Shown piece by piece: positions 27,788-37,447 of a DNA stretch of 64,000 bases (position 1 is the first letter of the stretch; the number at the start of each line of letters is the position of its first letter). The stretch is taken from contig CAYQTL010000003.1 of the NCBI GenBank assembly GCA_964420405.1, forward strand, positions 73,154 through 137,153. Direction: 5' to 3'. The notes beneath the pieces are model-generated. The model did no database searches. It saw only the letters and a list, made by a program, of their open reading frames with translations, and was not told where the DNA came from. Position numbers and translations under genes: made by a program. The DNA comes from an uncultured Thermoanaerobaculia bacterium (lineage in GTDB: Bacteria; Acidobacteriota; Thermoanaerobaculia; Thermoanaerobaculales; Sulfomarinibacteraceae).

Positions 27788-28216
27788 GTGGCGCGACGCG
27801 GACCTCCCCCGCCGTCCGATCCCGACGCCGGCGTCTACCAGGGCAGGCCGGTGGCGCGCGTGGCGACCTCCCCGGACGGCCTCGTGATCCTGGTCGGGCG
27901 GACCGCCGCCGACAACGACGTCCTCACCTTCAAGCTCGCGAGCCAGAACGACTTCTGGTTGCACGTGGCGGGCGGCTCCGGGTCCCACGTCGTGGTCCGC
28001 AACCCCGACAACCTGGAGCGGCTGCCGCGCGACACCAGGCAGCTCGCCGCGGGCCTCGCCGCCGGCTACTCCAAGGCCCGGGCCGGGGGCCGCCTCGCGG
28101 TGCACCTGTGCCGCGTCCGGGACGTCTCCAAGCCGCGCGGCTTCCCTCCCGGCAAGGTGAGCATCGGCCGGTTCGAGAGCCTGCGGGCGGCGCCCAGACG
28201 TCTCGACGAGCCGTGA
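27788..28216 (+). CDS. DUF814 (NFACT-R_1) domain protein
   Basis: GRTAADNDVLTFKLASQNDFWLHVAGGSGSHVVVRNP matches the DUF814 core. GTG 7 nt after TACCCT (27775-27780). Confidence 0.75.
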   Translation: MARRGPPPPSDPDAGVYQGRPVARVATSPDGLVILVGRTAADNDVLTFKLASQNDFWLHVAGGSGSHVVVRNPDNLERLPRDTRQLAAGLAAGYSKARAGGRLAVHLCRVRDVSKPRGFPPGKVSIGRFESLRAAPRRLDEP

Positions 28217-28271
28217 ACGACGACCGGCGGTCCGGCGCCGGCGGTCCGGGCGGGGACGGGCCGTGCCGAGG

Positions 28272-28799
28272 TCAGCCCGGCCGGCTCGGCGGGGTCGTCG
28301 AGGAGGGGCCCGGAGCCGACGGCCGCAGCTCGGGCAGGGTCTCGACCGGGAACGCGTATCGGCTGGAGGACCTGATGCCGTCGGACCGCCGCTCGAGACT
28401 GACCTCGATCTCGTCGAGCCGCATCAGCGGCATCACCTCGCCGCCGACCCGCACCGCCAGCTGCCGCGCCCAGACCGCCGGATCGACATCCTCCGGCAGC
28501 ACCGGGTCCACCACGACGACCGTCAGCCGGCGGCCCCGCTGGTCGATGGTGGCGCCGAGCTGCAGCCCGCCGGCGTCGACCTCCGACGCCAGCTCGGCCT
28601 CGATCCGCTGCAGCTCGACGACGGTCCGTTTGCCCTCCTCGAAGGTCTCCCGTGCCGACCGCACGAGGTCGGACGACGCGATCCGCTCCAGGTTGGCCAC
28701 CACCAGCACCACCGCGAGCACGGCCACCAGCGCCACCGCGAGGCAGCTGCACCCGATCCACTTCCAGCACCCGCCGCCGCCCCGCTCGCCGTCGCCCAT
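28272..28799 (-). CDS. Membrane-anchored hypothetical protein
   Basis: 175 aa. Single TM helix CLAVALVAVLAVVLVVA, normal composition. GGAGGTG SD 5 nt before ATG 28799. Confidence 0.6.
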   Translation of the reverse strand: MGDGERGGGGCWKWIGCSCLAVALVAVLAVVLVVANLERIASSDLVRSARETFEEGKRTVVELQRIEAELASEVDAGGLQLGATIDQRGRRLTVVVVDPVLPEDVDPAVWARQLAVRVGGEVMPLMRLDEIEVSLERRSDGIRSSSRYAFPVETLPELRPSAPGPSSTTPPSRPG

Positions 28800-29033
28800 G
28801 TCGCACCTCCGCCGCGGTCCCGGTCGTCGCCAGCCTACACCCGCCGCCGCACCCCGCCTCCCCGAACGTGCCCGCGGCCGCGCCCGGGACGGACCCGGAG
28901 CGTCCGCGCCGCGACGGCACGCAGCCGCACCGGGAGCGAACGCCGGAGCCGGCGCGGACCGCGCTCAACCGCGCGATCCGGCTGCGATATCCTCGCCGCC
29001 GTCGCGGCGCCGCCGCCGATCCCGGAGGCAACC

Positions 29034-29861
29034 ATGACCGACAGCGAGTTTCTCGAGCACCGGCGGCGTCTCGCCGCGGCGTGGCCCCTGACGAGCGCCG
29101 CGCTGCTGGCGCTGCTGGGCGGCCTGGTCGCCTGGCTCCTGGTCCACAGCCCGAACCTCATCCACCCCGGCCACGTCATCGACGGCCTCGCCGCAGGCAC
29201 CCTCGAGCAGCCGACGATGCAGCTCGCGTCGGTGATGCTGCCGGTCGTCGTGATCGCGTTGCTGGCGGTGGTCCTGGTCGGGATCGTGTTCATCTACGTG
29301 ATGTTCGCCGTCGAACGGCGGTATCTCGGGATCATCGGCGGGGCGGAGGGCCGGACCGGCGCGGAGGTCGCCGGCCCAGCCGTGACGTACCGTCCCATCG
29401 GCGTCGTCCGGAGCCCGTTCCGGGAGGCGTCCGGCGCACCGATCCAGCCGTCGCGGGCCGCCGGCGCTCGCGGCAGGGTCGAGCTGCGGCCGGATCTCGC
29501 CGACGGCCTGCGGGACCTCGACGGCTTCTCCCACGTCGTCCTCCTGTGCCATCTCGACCGCGCCCGACCCCACCGGCTGCGGGTGGTGCCCTACCTCGAC
29601 ACCGTGCCGCGCGGCGTCTTCGCCACCCGCGCGCCGTCGCGACCGAACCCGATCGGGCTGTCGGTGGTGCGGCTGGTCGGAGTCGACGGCGCGACCCTCG
29701 ACGTCGAGGACGTCGACCTGCTCGACGGCACACCGGTGCTCGACGTCAAGCCCTACGTCGACGACTTCGACCGTCCCGCCGAGGTCCGCACCGGCTGGCT
29801 CGAAGACGCCCGCCGGCGGGACGTCCGGGCCGACGACCGATTCGAGAGTCCGCGGGACTGA
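29034..29861 (+). CDS. TrmO/TsaA-like tRNA methyltransferase with N-terminal two-helix membrane extension
   Basis: C-terminal 160 aa match TsaA (PIGVVRSPF, FSHVVLLCHL, GVFATRAPSRPNPIGLSVVRL, LDGTPVLDVKPY). About 115 N-terminal residues contain two hydrophobic helices. GGAGG SD before ATG 29034. Confidence 0.75.
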   Translation: MTDSEFLEHRRRLAAAWPLTSAALLALLGGLVAWLLVHSPNLIHPGHVIDGLAAGTLEQPTMQLASVMLPVVVIALLAVVLVGIVFIYVMFAVERRYLGIIGGAEGRTGAEVAGPAVTYRPIGVVRSPFREASGAPIQPSRAAGARGRVELRPDLADGLRDLDGFSHVVLLCHLDRARPHRLRVVPYLDTVPRGVFATRAPSRPNPIGLSVVRLVGVDGATLDVEDVDLLDGTPVLDVKPYVDDFDRPAEVRTGWLEDARRRDVRADDRFESPRD

Positions 29862-29890
29862 GACGCCCGGGCGCCGGCGCGGCGGCGGCC

Positions 29891-32203
29891 TCAGGTGGCC
29901 GAGGGTGCCGGCGTCCGCCGGAGCACCGCCGACAGCCGGTGGCGGTCGCCGAGGGCCGCCACCAGCCGCGGGGGGGTCATCGGAAGCCGGTCCACCTCGA
30001 CACCGAGAGCGTCCACCACGGCGTTGCGGACGGCGGCCGCGGTGGGGATGAACGACGGCTCGCCGATCCCCTTCGAGCCGAACGGACCGGCTCCTCCGCC
30101 GCCCTCCAGCACCGCGATCCGCACCACCGGCACGTCGGCCGCGGTCGGCACCAGGTAGTCGGTGAAGCTGGGGTTACGGAGCCGGCCGCCGTCGACGGCG
30201 AGCTCCTCGCTCACCGCCCACCCGACCGCCTGGGCGACGCCACCCTCGATCTGTCCCTCGAGAGCGTCGCGGTGCAGCACCGTGCCCACGTCGTGCACGG
30301 CGCACAGCTCGCGCACGGTGACCAGCCCGAGGTCCGGGTCGACGCGCACCCGCGCCACGTGGCACGCGAAGGCGTACGAGCCGTACGGCGAGCCGCGGCC
30401 GGTGGCCGGGTCGAAGTCCCGCTCCGGCGGGCGGTACCAGCCGGTGGCCACGGCCTCGATCCGCCGCACCGCCATCTCGCCGGCGACCCGCTCCAGCGGC
30501 ACCACCGCGCCACCCGCGGCGACCCGCGCGACGCCGCCGGCGAGCTCCACCTGGTCGGGGCGGCAGCCGAGCAGCGCCGCCGCGACCGGGTCGAGCCGCT
30601 CGCGCAGCCGGCGCACCGCGTCGAGAATCGCCATCCCGGAGGCGTGGGCGCCGCGCGACGCCACCGTCGGCCCCGAGTCCCCGACGGTGGTGGTGTCCGG
30701 CTGCCACACCTCGACCCGGGACGGGTCGATGCCGAGGGCGGCGGCGGCCACCGTCTGACACGCCACGAGATTGCCCTGCCCCAGCTCGGTCAGGCCGACC
30801 CGCACCACCAACGAGCCGTCTGGCTGGAGGATGACCATAGCCGACGACCGGTCGAGGTGCTCGCCGCCGTGGTGGAGGCTGCAGCCGTACATGACGAGCG
30901 CCACGCCGAGCCCCTCCCTGGCGTCGGCCGCGGGCGGGGCCGGGCCGTCCTGCCAGCGCGAGAGCTCCACCGCGCGGTCCAGGCAGCGGCGAGCCAGCAC
31001 CGGCTCGGGCAGCTCCTGGCCGGTACAGGTGATCCGACGGTCGTCGTCGAGCACGTTGCGGTGCCGTATCTGGACCGGGTCGAGGCCGAGCTCCCGGCCG
31101 AGGCGGTCCATGGTCGCCTCGGCCGCCCACGTCACCTGCGGTGCTCCGAAGCCGCGGAACGCGCCGCCGAAGAGGTTGTTGGTGTAGGCGACGCGGGTCA
31201 CCACCCGCACGGCCGACACGTCGTAGGGACCGATGGCGGACACGTTGGCGCGCTCGGCGACGACGGTCGACAGGCCTGCGTAGGCGCCGGCGTCGAGCAC
31301 CGTGTCCACCTCGGCGAACAGCAGGCGGCCGTCGTCGTCGGCGCCCCACCGGTGGTGCACCACCACGGCGTGCCGCTTGGTGGTGACCTCGAGGTCGAGC
31401 TCGCGGGGGTACACCAGCCGGACCGGGTGGCCGGTCGCCCACGCCAGCAGCGCCGCACACGCGGCCGGCTCGGACGGGTAGTCCTCCTTGCCGCCGAACG
31501 CGCCGCCGGTGGGTGCCTGCTCGACCCGCACGGCGGCCAGCGGCAGGCCGAGGACCCGCGCCACCGCGTGCTGGACGTAGAACGGGCACTGGCACGACGC
31601 GACCACCGTGAGACGACGGCCACCCTCGGGCACGACCACGCAGCCCTGCGGCTCCAGGTAGGCGTGGTCCTGGCCGCCGATCCGGTAGCTGGCCTCCACC
31701 ACCACCGCGGCTCCGGCCCGGGCCGCCCGGACGTCGCCTCGCACCACCCGGAGCTCTCCGACCAGGTTGCCGCCGGGGTGGACCGACGGCGAGCCGGGGG
31801 CGAGCGCCGTCTCCGGATCGTGCACCCCCGGCAGCGCCTCGTACCGGCCCTCGACCTCCCTGGCCGCGTCCCACGCCGCCTCGGGCGTCCACGCCGCCAC
31901 CACGGCGAGCCGGTCGCCGACCATGCGGATCCGGTCCACCGCCAGCAGCGGCTGGTCGGGAAGGACCGCGCCCACCTGGTTGACACCGGGCACGTCGGCG
32001 GCCGTCAGGACCGCCGCCACGCCCGGCCGCCGCCGGGCCGCCTCCACGTCCACTCCCGTCAGCCGCGCCGAGGGGATCGGGGCCACGGCCACCGCCGCGT
32101 GGAGCATCCCCGGCATCGACAGGTCGGCCACGTACCGGGTCTGGCCCGCGACCTTCGCCCACGCGTCCGGCCGCGGCTGGCGGCCACCGACCGGCGAGCT
32201 CAC
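29891..32203 (-). CDS. Xanthine dehydrogenase family, molybdopterin-binding large subunit
   Basis: GQTRYVADL, GGAFGGKE, GGAFRGFGAPQ and GIGEPSFIP motifs. GTGA overlap with the 2Fe-2S subunit stop. The 886-aa ORF N-terminus is Arg/Gly noise. Confidence 0.9.
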   Translation of the reverse strand: MSSPVGGRQPRPDAWAKVAGQTRYVADLSMPGMLHAAVAVAPIPSARLTGVDVEAARRRPGVAAVLTAADVPGVNQVGAVLPDQPLLAVDRIRMVGDRLAVVAAWTPEAAWDAAREVEGRYEALPGVHDPETALAPGSPSVHPGGNLVGELRVVRGDVRAARAGAAVVVEASYRIGGQDHAYLEPQGCVVVPEGGRRLTVVASCQCPFYVQHAVARVLGLPLAAVRVEQAPTGGAFGGKEDYPSEPAACAALLAWATGHPVRLVYPRELDLEVTTKRHAVVVHHRWGADDDGRLLFAEVDTVLDAGAYAGLSTVVAERANVSAIGPYDVSAVRVVTRVAYTNNLFGGAFRGFGAPQVTWAAEATMDRLGRELGLDPVQIRHRNVLDDDRRITCTGQELPEPVLARRCLDRAVELSRWQDGPAPPAADAREGLGVALVMYGCSLHHGGEHLDRSSAMVILQPDGSLVVRVGLTELGQGNLVACQTVAAAALGIDPSRVEVWQPDTTTVGDSGPTVASRGAHASGMAILDAVRRLRERLDPVAAALLGCRPDQVELAGGVARVAAGGAVVPLERVAGEMAVRRIEAVATGWYRPPERDFDPATGRGSPYGSYAFACHVARVRVDPDLGLVTVRELCAVHDVGTVLHRDALEGQIEGGVAQAVGWAVSEELAVDGGRLRNPSFTDYLVPTAADVPVVRIAVLEGGGGAGPFGSKGIGEPSFIPTAAAVRNAVVDALGVEVDRLPMTPPRLVAALGDRHRLSAVLRRTPAPSAT

Positions 32204-32676
32204 CGGCACTCCTGCTCGACTGCCGCGGCGAGGGCGTCGAGCACCCGGGCGTAACCGGTGCACCGGCACAGGTTGCCGGCCATCCTCCGGCGCTGCTCGG
32301 CCCCGTCGGCGACCCGGTCCGCCACCACCCCCGCGCCGGTCACCGCCAGGCCCGGAGTGCAGAAGCCGCACTGGACGCCACCGCGGGCGACCAGCTCCCG
32401 CTGGAACGGGTGCAGCTCGCCCGGCGCGGCCCCGAGCCCCTCCACCGTCGTCACCTCCATGCCGTCGCACGACACCGCCAGCACCAGGCAGGAGGTCACG
32501 GGGCGGGTGTCGAGCAGCACGACGCACGCACCGCACTCGCCGGAGCCGCATCCCTCCTTCGCACCGATCAGGCCGGCGTCGTCGCGCAGCAGGTCGAGCA
32601 GCCGCCGCCCGGGCGGAACCTCGAAGACTCGGTGCTCGCCGTTGAGACGCATCCGGACCCGGACCTTCTCAGGCAT
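32200..32676 (-). CDS. Xanthine dehydrogenase family, (2Fe-2S)-binding small subunit
   Basis: GCGSGECGACVV and QCGFCTPG..CRCTGY cluster motifs. 158 aa. Confidence 0.9.
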   Translation of the reverse strand: MPEKVRVRMRLNGEHRVFEVPPGRRLLDLLRDDAGLIGAKEGCGSGECGACVVLLDTRPVTSCLVLAVSCDGMEVTTVEGLGAAPGELHPFQRELVARGGVQCGFCTPGLAVTGAGVVADRVADGAEQRRRMAGNLCRCTGYARVLDALAAAVEQECR

Positions 32677-33526
32677 CGGTCGCCCCCCGCAGGAACCGGT
32701 CGAGCAGCACCCCCGCCGCGATCCGCCGGTAGTCGGCCGGGGCGCGGACGTCGTCGATCGGCGCGATGTCGAGCTGGAGCGCCTCGGCCGCCTCGAGCCG
32801 CACGCCGTCGGTGGGGACGCGACCTTCCAGCACACGCTCGGCGTGGCGCGCCCGCACCGGCCGCGGCGCCGACGAGCCCACCGCGACCCGGACGTCCGTC
32901 AGCTCGCCACGGGGGCCGACCGCCGCGCGCCCCGCCAGGCTGACGACGGAGATCACCTGCTCCCGGCGCGGTCCGACCTTGGAGAACCGCTCGACGGACC
33001 GCGGACCGAGGCACGGCACCGTCACGGACCGGATCAGCTCGCCCGGCGCGAGGGCCGTCGTCCCGGGCCCGACGATCAGCTCCTCCACCGGGACCTCCCG
33101 GGCGCCCTGCTCGGACACCAGCTCGGCGGTCGCCTCGGCCACCAGCAGCGGCGGCGCCGTGTCGGCCGCCGGCGACGCGTTGGCCAGGTTGCCTCCGAGC
33201 GTGGCCCGGCACTGGATCGGCCACGCGCCGACGAGACCGGCGGCGTCGGCGAGGCCCGGCGCGGCGGCACGGACGAGCGGCGACCGGGAGATCATCTCCA
33301 TGGGGGTCGCGGCGCCGATCTCGATGCCGGCCTCCGACTCCCGGATCCACGCCAGCCCGAGCCGACCCAGGTCCACCAGCACCGGCGCCCGACGGCGGCC
33401 CCCGCGCAGCTGGACGACGAGGTCGGTGCCCCCGGCGATCGGAACGGCGGCGGGCTCCCGTGCGAGCAGCGCCAGCGCCTCCTCGACGCTGCCCGGACGC
33501 TCGACACGCTCCACCGGCAGGTCCAC
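32669..33526 (-). CDS. Xanthine dehydrogenase family, FAD-binding medium subunit
   Basis: IAGGTDLVVQL, ATLGGNLANASPAAD and RAPADYRR motifs (CoxM/XdhB-like). 8-nt overlap with the downstream subunit. Confidence 0.88.
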   Translation of the reverse strand: MDLPVERVERPGSVEEALALLAREPAAVPIAGGTDLVVQLRGGRRRAPVLVDLGRLGLAWIRESEAGIEIGAATPMEMISRSPLVRAAAPGLADAAGLVGAWPIQCRATLGGNLANASPAADTAPPLLVAEATAELVSEQGAREVPVEELIVGPGTTALAPGELIRSVTVPCLGPRSVERFSKVGPRREQVISVVSLAGRAAVGPRGELTDVRVAVGSSAPRPVRARHAERVLEGRVPTDGVRLEAAEALQLDIAPIDDVRAPADYRRIAAGVLLDRFLRGATDA

Positions 33527-33736
33527 GTCAGCCCCGCGACCCGCGGCCGTCTCCAGCTGTCACGCAGGGCGGCATCCGATGCTCCATGCGGCTGTGCTCG
33601 ATGCCATCATACCGCCGGCCCCGGGAGCATCCGATCCCGCGCCCGTTCCCGATGCACCGGGGCAGCGCGCGGCGGCACGCCGAGCCGGTTTTGCCGGCGG
33701 CTCGGTGTCGCCGCGGCCATCAGGCGCACGACGTCC

Positions 33737-33760
33737 ATCGGGAACGGGATCGGGATCGGG
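33737..33760. repeat. (GGGATC)n-type hexamer array (atcgggaacgggatcgggatcggg)
   Basis: Read directly; intergenic. Confidence 0.85.
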
Positions 33761-33794
33761 CGAGGATCACGATCGACGGAGGTCGCCGTCCCGC

Positions 33795-34268
33795 TCAGGG
33801 CTCCGCGACGCGACCCTCGTGGGAACGCTTCCGCATCCAGATCTCGGTGCCGCCGCGTTCGTAGCGGACGTCGTCCATGAGGCGGTTGATCAGGAACACG
33901 CCGCGGCCGTGGAACGAGTACAGGTTGCGGCCGGTGAGCGGGCTCGGCACGCTCGAAGGGTCGAACCCGGTGCCCGGATCGCGGACCACGATCACCAGCG
34001 CCCGCTCCAGGTCGCAGGCGACCCACACCTCGACCCGCTTGGACGGGTCGCCGCCGCAGCCGTGGGTCACGGCGTTGGCCAGCGCCTCGGTGACGGCGAG
34101 CTCGATCTCGAACTCCTCGCTCCCGCCGCAGCCCGCATCGCGGACGACGTCCATGATCCGGTCGACGACGCGCGGCAGCCGCCCGACGTCCGCCGGGATG
34201 CTCTCCCGGAGCATGACGTCGAGGTCGTCGGGGTCGAGGTCGAGACGGTCGGGCACGGAGTCGTTCAC
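33795..34268 (-). CDS. RsbW/SpoIIAB-like anti-sigma serine kinase (HATPase_c)
   Basis: ELAVTEALANAVTHG, VRDPGTGFDP and GRGVFLINRLMDDV motifs. AGGAG SD. A TATACT box (34303-34298, minus) lies in the 52-nt gap upstream. Confidence 0.8.
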   Translation of the reverse strand: MNDSVPDRLDLDPDDLDVMLRESIPADVGRLPRVVDRIMDVVRDAGCGGSEEFEIELAVTEALANAVTHGCGGDPSKRVEVWVACDLERALVIVVRDPGTGFDPSSVPSPLTGRNLYSFHGRGVFLINRLMDDVRYERGGTEIWMRKRSHEGRVAEP

Positions 34269-34320
34269 CGGCGGCTCCTGTGGGGTCCGAAGGCCGGAGT
34301 ATACACGCGGGACCTCCGCT

Positions 34321-35973
34321 TCACCGTCCGCTCCGACGGCGCAGCAGGACCAGCGTCCGGTCGTCGACGAACGGCACGCCCTGTGCGAACCCGTGAAGGT
34401 CGGTCTCGACGGCGGCGGCCAGACCGACCAGCGGCAGCTCGCGCTGGCTGGCGGTCAGCCGACGCAGGCGTTCCGGGCCGTACTCCTCGTCACCGGCGTT
34501 CTCCGCCTCGGTGATGCCGTCGGTGTACACGGCGACCAGGTCGCCCGGCAGCAAGGTCGTCTCGGACTGGGCGAACGTCCCCTGCTCGAGAATCCCGATC
34601 GGCATTCCCGTCGACTCGAGCCACCCTGTGGTGCCGTCGGCCCGGACCACCAGGCCCGGGGTGTGGCCGGCGTTGGCGTAGCGCATCCGGCCCGACTCCA
34701 GGTCGACCACGGCCAGGAACATGGTGGCGTACTTCTCCACCGGGGTGCGCTCCCACAGCAGTCGGGACACCCGGCGACAGACCGCGTCCGGCTCGTCGCC
34801 GGTCTCGAGTGCCGCCGCCGTCAACGCCTCCAGCGCCCCGGTGAGCAGCGCCGCGCCGATCCCCTTGCCGGAGACATCCGCCACCAGCATCACCAGCTCG
34901 GATCCGGCGCGCTCGACGATCTTGTGGATGTCGCCCGACACCCCGCGGGAAGGTTCGGTGGTCGCGTGGATCTCCCACCCGGCGGGCGACGGCAGCCGGT
35001 CGGGCAGCAGCGCCACCTGGATCCGCCGCGCGAGCTGCACCTCCTGCTCGAGGCGACGGCGCTCGGCGGCCTCCTCCGCCAGCCGCACGTTGCGGATGCG
35101 CATCGCCGCCACCGAGGCCAGCGGCGCCAGCAGCTCGAGGTCGCCGGGCGTGAACTCCCGGGCGTTCAGGCGCGAGCCGACCACCAGCATCCCGAGGGCG
35201 CCGCTGGGCGCCAGCAGCGGTGCCGCGCACAGGCTGCGCACGCCCGCACTGAGGATGCTGACAGCCTCGCGGAACCGGTCGTCAGCCGTGGTGTCGATGA
35301 CCAGCGCGGCCTGGCCCTCCTCGACGACGCGCTTCGCCAGGCTGCGGGAGAACAGCCATGACGGGTCGGCACCGCGGACCGAGCGGGCGGCCGCCACCTG
35401 GTACCCACCGCTGGCGGTACGCAGCACCACCGCCGCCTCCTCGGGCCGCAGGTGGTCGAACAGCCCGTCGAGGATCAGCTCGAGCAGGTCGTCCAGGGTG
35501 ATGGAGGTGTCGAGGGCCCGGTGGATCTCGGTCAGCATCCGGAGCCGGTCGGCGTAGCTGCGCAGGGTGTCCGGGTCCGCCTCGGGTCCGGCGTGGGAGT
35601 CGAGCAGCTCGGAGGCCGGTCGCAGCATCGTGTGGCTGTCGAAGCCGTCGGTCGGCACGTCGGCGGTACCCGGCTGGTCGCCCATGCCGGTCACCTCCAG
35701 CACGCTCCCGCCGAGAGTGATCCGCGTGCCGACACCGACCCTCGAGCGGTCGCCGATGGCGGTGCCGTCGACCACCGTGCCGTTGCGGGACCCGAGGTCC
35801 TCGACCATCCACCCGCCGTCGGCGGCCGCCACCAGCCGCGCGTGACGGCGCGACATCGAGCGGTCGAGGATCGGCAGGTCGCACTGGGAGGAGCGGCCGA
35901 CGACGATCTCTTCGCCGTCGAAGCTCCGCTCGGCCACCACTCCGTCCGAGGACGTCACACGCAACGCGATCAT
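34321..35973 (-). CDS. FHA-GAF-PP2C (SpoIIE/RsbU-like) serine phosphatase
   Basis: FHA (VVGRSSQCDLPILDRSMSRRHARL..EDLGSRNGTVVDG), central GAF-like region, PP2C/SpoIIE end (GVSGDIH..LVADVSGKGIGAAL..YANAGHTPG..YTDGITEA). ATGA overlap with the upstream gene. Confidence 0.88.
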   Translation of the reverse strand: MIALRVTSSDGVVAERSFDGEEIVVGRSSQCDLPILDRSMSRRHARLVAAADGGWMVEDLGSRNGTVVDGTAIGDRSRVGVGTRITLGGSVLEVTGMGDQPGTADVPTDGFDSHTMLRPASELLDSHAGPEADPDTLRSYADRLRMLTEIHRALDTSITLDDLLELILDGLFDHLRPEEAAVVLRTASGGYQVAAARSVRGADPSWLFSRSLAKRVVEEGQAALVIDTTADDRFREAVSILSAGVRSLCAAPLLAPSGALGMLVVGSRLNAREFTPGDLELLAPLASVAAMRIRNVRLAEEAAERRRLEQEVQLARRIQVALLPDRLPSPAGWEIHATTEPSRGVSGDIHKIVERAGSELVMLVADVSGKGIGAALLTGALEALTAAALETGDEPDAVCRRVSRLLWERTPVEKYATMFLAVVDLESGRMRYANAGHTPGLVVRADGTTGWLESTGMPIGILEQGTFAQSETTLLPGDLVAVYTDGITEAENAGDEEYGPERLRRLTASQRELPLVGLAAAVETDLHGFAQGVPFVDDRTLVLLRRRSGR

Positions 35974-37259
35974 GCCGCCACCTCCTCTCCCGCCGCCGCC
36001 TCGGCGGCGAGCAGCGAGTGCCCCCTGCGCCGCGGCACCAGCGCGAGCCCGCCCTGCAGCGCCACGAACAGGTCGAGCAGCTTCAGCCGCCACCGCAGCG
36101 CGAACGCGGGCCGCGGGAACACGTGCCCGGCGAGCACGCCGACCGCCGCCCGGTGCACGCCGAGCGGCCCTTCCGCCTCGAGGAACAGGTCGCGGAACGG
36201 GCGGCGGTAGAAGTGGTCCACCAGCCGGAAGAACACCCGCGAGCCGCCGTCCACGAAGCGGACGTAGCGCCGTCGCTCGGCGCCGGGATCGGCGCCGTCG
36301 AGCAGCCTTCCGACCGCCGCCGCCGCCTCGACCGCCGACATCATCCCGAGGCACACCCCGGTCGAGAACACCGGATCCACGAACGCCGCCGCGTCGCCGA
36401 GCAGGAAGTACCCGGGGCCCGCGTACGGCCGGCAGAGGTAGGAGAAATCGGCCTCCACCCTGGCCGGAACCTCGACCTCGGCGTCACGACACCGTCGGGC
36501 CATGACCGGGCAGCGGGCGACGGCCCACGCCAGCAGCTCGCGGGTCGGGACGCCCGCCGCCGCCGCCGTGTCCCGGTCGAGCACCACCCCGACCGAGGTC
36601 GTGCGCTCGTCGAGCGGGATGACCCAGAACCAGCCCTCGTCGCACATCACGACGGTGATGAAGCCCTCGCGCTCACCGGGGTTGCGCCACACGCCGCCCA
36701 TGTGGGCGAAGACGGCGAGCTTGCGGTGGTGCTCCAGCACCCGGCGGATGCCCAGGTGCCGGCCGACCACCGCGGCCTGCCCGCTGGCGTCGAGCAGCCA
36801 CCGTCCGTCGAGCCCGCCGGCGTCGGTGTCGACGCGGACGTGGCCGTCCTCCAGGCGTTCGACCCGGCGCACGCGGACCCCCTCACGGACCTCGGCACCC
36901 GCGTCGACGGCCGCGTCGAGCAGCATCCGGTCGAACGGAGCCCGCGCCACGTTGAACGCGGTCCGCCCCGGCCGGCCGAGGGCATCCGCGAACCACACCT
37001 CCGACGGCGGGTCGTCGCCGTGCCCCATGACGAACTCGGCGCCCGGCTTGGCGACGCGGGGCAGCTCCGCCAACCTCTCGCCGAGCCCGAGCTCGTCCAC
37101 CAGCTCCGCGGTGCGCGGCAGGAACGACTCGCCGACGTGGAAGCGCGGGTGGACAGCGCCGTCGGCGAGCACCACCGAGCGGCCGGCGAGGGCCAGCTGG
37201 CGGGCGGCGGTCGCGCCGGCGGGACCGCCCCCGATCACCACGACGTCATGGCGGGTCAT
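35970..37259 (-). CDS. Flavin-dependent halogenase-like FAD enzyme
   Basis: VVVIGGGPAGATAA, HPRFHVGESFLP, AKPGAEF, GWFWVIPL (WxWxIP) and GDAAAFVDPVFSTGV, the motif set of flavin-dependent halogenases. GGAGG SD before ATG 37259. Confidence 0.75.
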   Translation of the reverse strand: MTRHDVVVIGGGPAGATAARQLALAGRSVVLADGAVHPRFHVGESFLPRTAELVDELGLGERLAELPRVAKPGAEFVMGHGDDPPSEVWFADALGRPGRTAFNVARAPFDRMLLDAAVDAGAEVREGVRVRRVERLEDGHVRVDTDAGGLDGRWLLDASGQAAVVGRHLGIRRVLEHHRKLAVFAHMGGVWRNPGEREGFITVVMCDEGWFWVIPLDERTTSVGVVLDRDTAAAAGVPTRELLAWAVARCPVMARRCRDAEVEVPARVEADFSYLCRPYAGPGYFLLGDAAAFVDPVFSTGVCLGMMSAVEAAAAVGRLLDGADPGAERRRYVRFVDGGSRVFFRLVDHFYRRPFRDLFLEAEGPLGVHRAAVGVLAGHVFPRPAFALRWRLKLLDLFVALQGGLALVPRRRGHSLLAAEAAAGEEVAA

Positions 37260-37447
37260 ATGGTCGCCTCCAGAGAACGCGGCTCAGTGTCGTTTCCGAC
37301 CCGTCCCTTGTCAAACCCCCCGGGGGGCGCCGTTCGTCCCGCACCCGCGGCACCCACGACGCCGACCCCGTCCGGAGTCGACGCCCGCCCCTCTCCTTGC
37401 CGACCGCCGGCCGCGTCGCTACGATGGCCGACGGTCGGGAGGGCGCG

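Noticed and set aside
28652-32254. 1200-aa plus-strand ORF
   Set aside because: It lies antisense to the xanthine-dehydrogenase large subunit and overlaps the TrmO-like gene in another frame. The composition is Arg/Pro/Gly-dominated and no domain is recognisable.
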